From positions 1-64,000 of the forward strand of contig JBGARZ010000022.1 in assembly GCA_044229975.1 (NCBI GenBank): 64,000 bases of DNA, given 5' to 3'. The translations under genes were made by a program, and so were the position numbers. Below, piece by piece: positions 56,731 through 64,000 of this stretch. The DNA comes from Polyangiales bacterium (GTDB taxonomy: Bacteria; Myxococcota_A; Polyangia; Polyangiales; Ga0077539). Numbering within the stretch: the first letter of the stretch is position 1; each line of letters opens with the position of its first letter. The notes below the pieces were generated by a model. It did no database searches, was not told the DNA's origin, and worked only from the letters and a program-made list of their open reading frames with translations.

Positions 56731-57861
56731 CTACTCAACCGCCCGCGGGAGAAACACCCGAAACGTCGTCCCGCGCCCGAGCTCGCTCTCCACGGTGACG
56801 TGCCCGCCGCTCTGCTTCACGATACCGAACACCGTCGACAACCCGAGCCCGGTGCCTTCGCCCACGGGCTTGGTGGTGAACAATGGCTCGAACACCTTCG
56901 CCTTCGTCTCGGCGTCCATCCCCGTGCCCGTGTCGGCCACGAAGACCCCGACGTAGGGGCCCGGCTTCACCCCGGGGTTCTTCGCCGCGTAGGCGTCGTC
57001 GAGCAACACGTTGGCGGTCTCGAAGCGCACCGTTCCCCCTTTGGGCATCGCGTCGCGCGCGTTGACCACGAGGTTGATGAGGATCTGGCTGACCTGACCC
57101 GGGTCGACCCGCACCCGCGCCAGCGGCTCTTCGAAGGCCTCGACGAAGGCGATGTGCTGCCCGATGGTGCGCCGCAGCAGCCGCTCGGCCTCACGCACCA
57201 GATCGTTGAGGTCGACCACCTTGGGCGCCAGCACCTGCTTGCTGCCGAAGGCCAGGAGCTGCTTCGCCAGGGACCTCGCGCGCTCGGCCGCGTCGCGGAT
57301 GGCCTGCATGTCCTCGTGCCGCGGGTCGGCCTTGGGCGTGCTCGACATGACCAGCTCGGTGTAGCTGAGGATGATCGCGAGGAGGTTGTTGAAGTCGTGC
57401 GCGACGCCGCCCGCGAGGTGGCCGATGGCCTCCATCTTCTGCGACTGCCGGAGCTGCGCCTCCAGCCGACCGCGCTCGCGGTGCTCGACCATCGCGGCGA
57501 GCTCGCGGCGCACCGCCGGGTTGAGCCGGGTGAGGTTGCCCTTGGAGATGAAGTCGCTCGCGCCGCGCTTGAGCGAGGCCACCGCGAGCTCTTCGTTGAC
57601 CGTCCCCGACACGATGATGAACGGGATCTCGACCCCGCTCTCCTGCACCACGGAGAGCACCTGCGGGGCTTCGAAGCGCGGCATGCTGTAGTCCGAGATG
57701 ACGATGTCCCAGGGCCCGCCGAGCAGGGCTTCGCGCAGGGCCTCCGGGGTCTCGACCCGGGTCGCCCGCGGGTCGAAGCCGCCGCGGCGCAGCTCCATCA
57801 GCAGCAGCGTCGCGTCGTCCTCGTTGTCCTCGACGACCAGCACACGGAGTACATCCGTCAT
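56731..57861 (-). CDS. Hybrid sensor histidine kinase (REC-HisKA-HATPase)
   Basis: VLVVEDN, LAGGVAHDFNN, NLVVNARDAM, FTTK..GEGTGLGL. Confidence 0.93.
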   Translation of the reverse strand: MTDVLRVLVVEDNEDDATLLLMELRRGGFDPRATRVETPEALREALLGGPWDIVISDYSMPRFEAPQVLSVVQESGVEIPFIIVSGTVNEELAVASLKRGASDFISKGNLTRLNPAVRRELAAMVEHRERGRLEAQLRQSQKMEAIGHLAGGVAHDFNNLLAIILSYTELVMSSTPKADPRHEDMQAIRDAAERARSLAKQLLAFGSKQVLAPKVVDLNDLVREAERLLRRTIGQHIAFVEAFEEPLARVRVDPGQVSQILINLVVNARDAMPKGGTVRFETANVLLDDAYAAKNPGVKPGPYVGVFVADTGTGMDAETKAKVFEPLFTTKPVGEGTGLGLSTVFGIVKQSGGHVTVESELGRGTTFRVFLPRAVE

Positions 57862-58298
57862 CGCGAGCTCCCCCCGGCGCCGGGCGCCTCGTTGACCACC
57901 AGCCAGTACTGTCCGAGGGCGCGCACCACCTCGTTGAACTGAACGAAGTCCACCGGCTTGCGCACGTAGCTGTTGGCGCCGCAGCGGTAGGCGTCGGCGA
58001 TGCCCTGCTCCTCGGCCGACGACGTCAGGATCACCACCGGCACGAGGGCCGTCCGCGGGTCGGCCCGCAGGACGCGCAGCACGTCGATGCCGTCGAGCTT
58101 CGGCAGCTTGAGGTCGAGCAGCACCAGGGCGGGGGTGACGTCCGGCGGGGCTTCGGGGGTGCCCACGAGCCGGGCCACCGCCTCGGCGCCGTCGCGGGCC
58201 ACCACCACCCGGTCACCGATGCCGTTGTTCTTGAGCGCGCGCAGCGTCAAGAACTCATCATCCGGGTTGTCTTCGACCACCAGGATCGTGCCCTTCAT
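57858..58298 (-). CDS. Response regulator (Rcp1-like)
   Basis: ILVVEDNPDD, LLDLKLPKLDG, GANSYVRKPVDF. Confidence 0.92.
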   Translation of the reverse strand: MKGTILVVEDNPDDEFLTLRALKNNGIGDRVVVARDGAEAVARLVGTPEAPPDVTPALVLLDLKLPKLDGIDVLRVLRADPRTALVPVVILTSSAEEQGIADAYRCGANSYVRKPVDFVQFNEVVRALGQYWLVVNEAPGAGGSSR

Positions 58299-58379
58299 CA
58301 CCAACGCCTGACCTCCGCGAACTGTCACGATAGAACGCCCCGCCCGGCGTCGCGAGGGGATAGAGTGGGGGCAACCCCC

Positions 58380-58970
58380 ATGGCAAGACTCGACCTGCGG
58401 CTGCGTAACCTCGAGAACTCCGAGCTCCTCATCGCCTCGTTCGAGAGCGAGGACGACGCGGAGACCTGGCTGGCCGACCGGCCCCACATGATGGAGGTGA
58501 TCGGCCTCATCGCCGAGTCCTCCGACCCGGCGATGCACCAGCGCCTGCGGCAGGCGGTGCGCCCGCTCGACGCCGACGAGGCCGCGGTGGTGCGTCGCAT
58601 GGACGAAGCAGATGCCATCGCCCGCGCCGAGCAGGAGGCGGAGGCTGTTCGCCGCGCGGCGGCCGACGCCGAGGCCCACCGCCAGTCGATGCGCGACGCC
58701 GACCCCGATCGACCGCTACAGCTCACCTGGACGCCGCGCGACGGCTACTCGGTCATGGACCCGGCGGACGAGCGCCCGATCTCACAGGAAGTGAAGGACG
58801 CCGTGGTGGCCTGGGTCGCCGAGCGCAACGAGTGGGTCGCCGACCGCGGTCAGGTCGTGGCCGAGGCCGTGGTGACGGTGTGGCCGGGCGCGCTGCCCGA
58901 CGGCGAGTCGCGGGTGATGCGCGGCGGAAGGTTTGTTCCCGTGGCCAAGGAGCCGACCGGGAAGTCCTAG
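58380..58970 (+). CDS. Hypothetical protein
   Basis: 196 aa ORF with typical codon pattern. Confidence 0.7.
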   Translation: MARLDLRLRNLENSELLIASFESEDDAETWLADRPHMMEVIGLIAESSDPAMHQRLRQAVRPLDADEAAVVRRMDEADAIARAEQEAEAVRRAAADAEAHRQSMRDADPDRPLQLTWTPRDGYSVMDPADERPISQEVKDAVVAWVAERNEWVADRGQVVAEAVVTVWPGALPDGESRVMRGGRFVPVAKEPTGKS

Positions 58971-58991
58971 CGGAAAGGGCAGAGCGCCCGC

Positions 58992-60536
58992 GTGTCCGAC
59001 CGACCCGAAAGCCCTGACGACCGATCGCACGCTCTCGCCGAGGCGCGCTTCGAGTCGATGCTTCACATCACGCCGACGCCGACGGTCATCACCCGCCTCC
59101 GCGACCAGCAGTACATCGCCGTCAGCGACAGCTTCCTCGCGCTGCTCGGCTATGAGCGCGCCGACGTCATCGGCCGCACGTCCACCGAGCTCAACATCTG
59201 GGTCGACTCGCGCGACCGCGACCGCCTCACCGCCGCCTTCGCGGAGGGCCGCCCCGTGCGCAACCTCGAAGCGCGCGTCCGCACCCGCACGGGCGAGCAG
59301 CTCATCGTGCTGGTGTCCGCCGAGCGCATGGACTTCTACGGCGAGCGTTGTGTGTTCTCGCTGGCCAACGACATCACGGCGTTGCGCCGCGGCGAGGAAG
59401 ACCGTCGACACGCCCGGCGGATGGAGGCCATCGGGCAGTTCGCCGGCGGCATCGCGCACGACTTCAACAACATGCTCCAGGTGATCTCCGGCTTCGCCAC
59501 GGTGGCGCGCCACCGCCTGCCCGGCGACCACGAGGTGCACGCCGAGCTGGAGCAGATCCTGCGCGCGGCGTCGCGGGCGGGGCAGCTCACCCGGCAGCTC
59601 TTGTCGTTCAGTCGGAGGCAGCTCTCGCAGGCGCGGGTCATCGACCTCAACGCGCTGGTCGGCGACATGCACCGGATGCTCTCGCGGCTCATCGGCGAGC
59701 ACGTGCGCCTGGAGGTGCGCCTCGACCCGGCGGCGCTGCGCGTGCGGTGCGACCCCGGTCAGCTCGAACAGGTGCTTCTCAACCTCTGCGTCAACGCGCG
59801 CGACGCCATGCCCGCCGGCGGGGTGCTCACGCTGATGGTCTCGTCGGCGCCGCTCGACCCGGACGACGCGCAGATCCACGCCGAGCTCGCGGCGGGCGAC
59901 CATGTGCATCTGCGCGTGACCGACACCGGCGTCGGGATGGACGCGGCGACGGTGGAGCGGGCCTTCGATCCATTCTTCTCGACGAAGGCGACCGGTCAGG
60001 GGACGGGCCTCGGTCTCGCGACGGTCTACGGCATCGTGCGGCAGTGCGGCGGCGCCGTGTGGATCGACAGCGCGCCCGGCCGCGGCACCAGCGTCAACAT
60101 CTGCCTGCCGGGCACCGAAGCCCCGGCCGACGTCGCGCCGCTCCCGCCCGCGCACGCGATGCGCGAGGGCCGCGGCGAGACGGTGCTCGTAGTGGAGGAC
60201 GAGCCCATGGTGCGCCGCCTCGCGGTGCAGCTCCTCGAACGCCACGGCTACCGTGTGATGGAAGCCGTCGACGGTGACGACGGCCTGCGGGTGTACGAGG
60301 CCGCCGCGGGGGCCATCGCGCTGGTGCTCACCGACGTGGTGATGCCCAGCCTCAACGGCGTCGAGATGGTGAACCGCATCGCGCAGCAGCACCCCGGGGT
60401 GCGGGCCCTGTTCATGACGGCGTGGTCGGGCGACGCCATCCCGGCAGCGATGCAGCGCTACGCGGCGGTGCTCGACAAGCCCTTCACGCCGGAGGCGCTC
60501 CTGACGGCGGTGCGCTCGGCCCTCGACCGGCCGTGA
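58992..60536 (+). CDS. PAS domain hybrid histidine kinase/response regulator
   Basis: PAS, AGGIAHDFNN, GTGLGLATVYGIV, C-terminal receiver domain. Confidence 0.93.
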   Translation: MSDRPESPDDRSHALAEARFESMLHITPTPTVITRLRDQQYIAVSDSFLALLGYERADVIGRTSTELNIWVDSRDRDRLTAAFAEGRPVRNLEARVRTRTGEQLIVLVSAERMDFYGERCVFSLANDITALRRGEEDRRHARRMEAIGQFAGGIAHDFNNMLQVISGFATVARHRLPGDHEVHAELEQILRAASRAGQLTRQLLSFSRRQLSQARVIDLNALVGDMHRMLSRLIGEHVRLEVRLDPAALRVRCDPGQLEQVLLNLCVNARDAMPAGGVLTLMVSSAPLDPDDAQIHAELAAGDHVHLRVTDTGVGMDAATVERAFDPFFSTKATGQGTGLGLATVYGIVRQCGGAVWIDSAPGRGTSVNICLPGTEAPADVAPLPPAHAMREGRGETVLVVEDEPMVRRLAVQLLERHGYRVMEAVDGDDGLRVYEAAAGAIALVLTDVVMPSLNGVEMVNRIAQQHPGVRALFMTAWSGDAIPAAMQRYAAVLDKPFTPEALLTAVRSALDRP

Positions 60537-60541
60537 GCTGC

Positions 60542-61213
60542 TCAGACCTGGAGGATCGCCCCGAGGATGGCCATGCCCACGGTGCTCGCCGAGAGCGCGG
60601 CGGCCCCCGTGGGCGGTAGCAGGCGCGGCAGCACCTCGGGCTCGGTGCGCCAGGTCACCATCGGCGGCCGAACGAAGCTCAGCCCGTCGCCCGACCCCGT
60701 CTGCGACTGACGCATCGGGTGCTTCGCCGTCAGCGCGCCGCGCCGCACCTCGCCGATGATCGCCACGCGCTCGCCCACGCGCAGCACCTGCTCGTCGACG
60801 AGGCTCTCGCCGTCGCCCGCGTCGGCCTCGAAGTCGATGCGGCACTGGTTGGGGTCGAGCATCACCCGCCCCGAGTCGTCCTCCACCCAGAACGTCCCTT
60901 CGGTGCGCTCGACCCGCGCGAGCGTCCGTCGCGCGCGCAGCCCACCGCCCTCGATGACGTAGTGGTGCACCTGGCGCACGGCCGTCGCGACGCCGCCGTA
61001 CTGGCTGACCGTGGGGTGCTCGCATCCGAGCGTTCCCACGAGCTTCACGAGACCGGTGGTGGCCTGGCCGATGGGGGTGATCGGGAGGTGTTCGAGGGCC
61101 CTCGCTTCGGCGAGGGTCATGGGACCAAGCTGCTGGCGGTAGAACTGGGCGAGGCTCCCGACGGTCGCAAGGCCCGAGACAACGGCCCCCACGAGCAGCG
61201 GCGGAAACATCAC
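60542..61213 (-). CDS. Membrane protein with GIDE-like domain
   Basis: TMs at both ends; VKLVG, FWVEDDSGRVMLDP, EQVLRVGERVAIIG. Confidence 0.55.
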   Translation of the reverse strand: MMFPPLLVGAVVSGLATVGSLAQFYRQQLGPMTLAEARALEHLPITPIGQATTGLVKLVGTLGCEHPTVSQYGGVATAVRQVHHYVIEGGGLRARRTLARVERTEGTFWVEDDSGRVMLDPNQCRIDFEADAGDGESLVDEQVLRVGERVAIIGEVRRGALTAKHPMRQSQTGSGDGLSFVRPPMVTWRTEPEVLPRLLPPTGAAALSASTVGMAILGAILQV

Positions 61214-61923
61214 ATCATCCTGACGCCGGCCACGTCGCGAAACAACCCCACCGCCACGCCGAGGATGTGAAACACCCCCATCTCGCGCTTGCGCACGAAG
61301 ATGGGGCTCATGGTCTTGTTTTCGGGCTGGAGCCGGATGTGGTCGGGCTCGGGGAAGTAGCGCTTCACCGTCGCCTCGTCGCCCACCACCGCCACCACGA
61401 TCTCGCCGCGCGACGCCGTCTGCTGGCGCTTCACGAACAGCGTGTCGCCGTCGTGGATGCCCGCGTCGATCATCGACTCGCCCTTCACCCGCAGCGCGAA
61501 GGTCTCCCCGCCGCCGCGGAGCATCGACGGGTCGACGTGCATGTAGCGCTCGACGCGCTCATCCATGACGCCGAGCGCGCCGGCCGCGATGCGGCTGTAG
61601 AAGGGGATGGCCACGGCGTCGTTGGCCGGGCGGTCGTCGCGGTCGACGCGGATCACCTTCTCGGGCATCTCCTCGGTGGCTTCGAGGCTCTTCATCAGGA
61701 AGGTGCGGCCGAGCTTGGTGGGCTTGAGCGCGCGCGACTTCATCCCGATGCGCTCGAGGTAGCCCTTGCGCTCCAGCGCGCGCAGGTGATCGCTCACCCC
61801 GTTGGTCGAGCGGATGTCCATGCGCGCCCCGATCTCTCGCAGCGTCGGCGGATACCCCTTCTCCACGATGGCCTGCGCGATGAACTCCAGGATGGCCTGT
61901 TGACGTTCGGTGAGTGGAAGCAT
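61210..61923 (-). CDS. lexA: SOS repressor LexA
   Basis: LTERQQAIL, GYPPTLREIG, IAAG, LRVKGESMIDAGIHDGD, ATVKR. Confidence 0.96.
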   Translation of the reverse strand: MLPLTERQQAILEFIAQAIVEKGYPPTLREIGARMDIRSTNGVSDHLRALERKGYLERIGMKSRALKPTKLGRTFLMKSLEATEEMPEKVIRVDRDDRPANDAVAIPFYSRIAAGALGVMDERVERYMHVDPSMLRGGGETFALRVKGESMIDAGIHDGDTLFVKRQQTASRGEIVVAVVGDEATVKRYFPEPDHIRLQPENKTMSPIFVRKREMGVFHILGVAVGLFRDVAGVRMM

Positions 61924-62001
61924 CGGCGTGTGCGCTCCTCTTCGGTGTTGAACAGTGTCGGCACTGCTCATCGGAACCTGTCTGGCGGTTCAGGCAAGCT
62001 A

Positions 62002-62018
62002 GCTGAACGCTCGTGCAG
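62002..62018 (-). promoter_or_regulatory. Putative LexA box (Myxococcus type)
   Basis: CTGCACGAGCGTTCAGC matches CTRHAMRYBYGTTCAGS with one mismatch, about 80 bp upstream of lexA. Confidence 0.7.
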
Positions 62019-62080
62019 CCGTCAACGAAGCGCTTGTCATTCTCTGGCGTGACCTTCGCGCGCGCTGCTACGCCTCGGCC

Positions 62081-62905
62081 GTGCGGCCCTTGCGACGGCT
62101 CTGGTGGACGCTCCTCGCGCTGTGCAGCGTCGTGGGCGTCGCCCACGCCGACCCTCCGCCCCGCGCCCGCCGCGGTCGCATCCCTCCGCCCCCGCCGACC
62201 ACCAGCGTCGCATGGCCCAACCACGGGACGCTCGACCACGGCCGCCGCCTCGCCTCGGCGGACTGCCGCACGCTCCCTGGTCGCACCCTCCAGTGGGGCA
62301 CCGACGAGCTCGTCAGCCTCCTCGAACGCACCGCCGCCAAGATGCGGCAGCAGTTCAGGGTGCCGCTCACCGTGGGCGATCTCTCGGCCCGCGAAGGCGG
62401 CGCCGTCAGCCGTCACCGCTCGCACCAGTCAGGGCGCGACGCCGACATTGCGTTCTTCGCGCGCACCAACCCGGCGCGCGGTGAGTCGCGTCCGGTGACC
62501 CTCTACGACTACGTGGTCTTCGATCGCAACGGCCGCTCGCTCGATGGCAGCCTGCGCTTCGACACCGAGCGCAACTGGGCCCTCGTCACCGCGCTGCTCA
62601 CCGACCATCACGTCCGCGTCGAGCGCCTCTTCGTCTCGACGCCGCTGCGCGCCCTGCTGCTCCAGCACGCCCGCGCGGTGCACGCCTCGCAGGCCCTCAT
62701 CAACCTCGCGGCCAACACCCTGGTGCAGCCCGCGCGGGTCTCGCCCCACGACAACCACTTCCACGTCCGCATCGCGTGCCCCGCGGGCGATCGCCAGTGC
62801 CACACCGGCGTCTGGCTGCCGCCCCGTCCGCCGCGTCGGCGGGTGAATCATCCCGCCGCCCGCGCCCGCGCCGCCGCGACCCGGCGCGCCCCTACGGGTC
62901 GATGA
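62081..62905 (+). CDS. Penicillin-insensitive murein endopeptidase (MepA-like)
   Basis: VGDLSAREGG...HRSHQSGRDAD, HDNHFHVRIAC. Confidence 0.88.
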   Translation: MRPLRRLWWTLLALCSVVGVAHADPPPRARRGRIPPPPPTTSVAWPNHGTLDHGRRLASADCRTLPGRTLQWGTDELVSLLERTAAKMRQQFRVPLTVGDLSAREGGAVSRHRSHQSGRDADIAFFARTNPARGESRPVTLYDYVVFDRNGRSLDGSLRFDTERNWALVTALLTDHHVRVERLFVSTPLRALLLQHARAVHASQALINLAANTLVQPARVSPHDNHFHVRIACPAGDRQCHTGVWLPPRPPRRRVNHPAARARAAATRRAPTGR

Positions 62906-63779
62906 ACACCTGTACGCCGACGTCGCCCGCGCCCGAAAACACCCGCACCCGGTAGCGATAGAGCCCCGAGTAGCGGGTGCAGAAGCGCGCGCTCTCGGTC
63001 CCGCGGTGCGTCGCGTCCTGGGCCACGCGGTGCCGCGTCGGGTCTTCGAGCTCCACCACCAGATCGCTCACGCTCGGAACGCCCGCCGCCACCACCTCCA
63101 CGCATCGGTTGGAGGGCAACGCGACGGTCTGCTCGATCATCCCGTTGGTGGCCAGCGTGTGCCGCGACATGGCCGTGAACCCGAGCGTCCCCGGGCGCCG
63201 CGCCGCCACCTGGCGGAGCTGCGCGCCGAGGTAGTCCGACCCGGTTCCGCCGACGGGAAACCGCGCCGTCGTCGTGGCGCCGGGGTCCTCTGCACCTGCG
63301 TCGACCGCGACCCGCACCGCGTTGACCCGCTCGTCGAGCGCGAGCACCTCCAGGTGCCACCACGCCGCGCTCCACGCCTCGACGTCGACCCGGTACAGCT
63401 CCGGCGCCTCGGTCACGCAGAACCGCTGGCGCACCGCCGTCCCCGCCGAGTTGGCCAGCGTGAGCCCGGGGCCCTCCATGGCCTCTCGTACCCGCACCTG
63501 CGCACGCACCTGCGAGGCGCCCTGCGCCGCTCCGACGAGCTCATAACAACGGTTGCGTTCGAGCCGCGGGTGCAGCGCCTCGCTCGCCGGGTGCCGCGTG
63601 CGTCTGGCGTTGACCAGCACCGGAACCCTCCCGGCGCGCAGCGGCGCCACCAGCGACTCCGGCGTCACCACCGGAGCGTCGACCGCCCCCGCGTCCTGCG
63701 CGCGAGCCGTCGTGGAGAGCAGGAGGAATGCGGTGCCCGTGATTGCGTCGATGACCCTCACGGCGGCGCACGCTAGCAT
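62892..63779 (-). CDS. Exported hypothetical protein with two related beta domains
   Basis: Signal ending ARAQD; duplicated RCY/RCV...FC...YRV pattern. Start uncertain. Confidence 0.65.
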   Translation of the reverse strand: MLACAAVRVIDAITGTAFLLLSTTARAQDAGAVDAPVVTPESLVAPLRAGRVPVLVNARRTRHPASEALHPRLERNRCYELVGAAQGASQVRAQVRVREAMEGPGLTLANSAGTAVRQRFCVTEAPELYRVDVEAWSAAWWHLEVLALDERVNAVRVAVDAGAEDPGATTTARFPVGGTGSDYLGAQLRQVAARRPGTLGFTAMSRHTLATNGMIEQTVALPSNRCVEVVAAGVPSVSDLVVELEDPTRHRVAQDATHRGTESARFCTRYSGLYRYRVRVFSGAGDVGVQVFIDP

Positions 63780-63794
63780 GCGCGAACCGCCCCG

Positions 63795-64000
63795 ATGTCG
63801 ACCGCTACGCCCACCGACGTGACGCTCGCCCCACCGCCGCGTCGCCTCTTCGATCGAGCCGCCTGGGCGCTCGCCGCGCTCGCCGCGTGGCCGGTGGTCA
63901 TCCTCTCGGCGTGGCTCAACCCCGACCACCGCGGCTTCGGGACGCACCAGCAGCTCGGTCTGCCACCGTGTTCGTTCGAGGCGATGACCCATGTGCCGTG
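63795..64000 (+). CDS. DUF2752 domain protein (partial, runs off the window)
   Basis: LNPDHRGFGTHQQLGLPPCSFEAMTHVP. Confidence 0.8.
   Translation, partial: MSTATPTDVTLAPPPRRLFDRAAWALAALAAWPVVILSAWLNPDHRGFGTHQQLGLPPCSFEAMTHVP

Noticed and set aside
1..64000. tRNA/rRNA genes or intact transposases
   Set aside because: None recognised by eye; a tRNAscan/ISEScan run would be needed to exclude them.

Overview
Very GC-rich chromosomal window, most consistent with a myxobacterium (Myxococcota/Polyangia-like). That call is an inference from the many Cys-rich and Asp/Ala/Pro-linker lipoproteins and a Myxococcus-type LexA box. The housekeeping and accessory backbone includes an MdtC-like RND pump, xisH-xisI, two FG-GAP/ASPIC proteins, a stress cluster (YtxH, CsbD, holin-X, DUF1328), gnd-zwf-opcA-pgl, two-component genes, lexA and a MepA-like endopeptidase. 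The main discovery is a decayed chromosomal integron at about 35.9-42.4 kb that the ORF track hides. It has five 91-bp attC sites plus one truncated site, delimiting six gene cassettes on the minus strand (an AIPR defence protein, a RelE-like TA pair, an Imm35/YrhB-like gene and three unknowns). It also has a candidate attI with three GTTGGGC cores and a frameshift-riddled C-terminal remnant of intI on the opposite strand. The island is bracketed by arrays of a 53-54 bp palindromic REP-like unit and contains 41-bp, 21-bp and 7-bp periodic repeats. Also present: a 93-bp-arm inverted-repeat element, a DUF2961 gene with two frameshifting breaks, and a poly-G/poly-C junction with NfeD and porin fragments that is probably a misassembly. 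All family calls are from motif recognition; no database searches were run.
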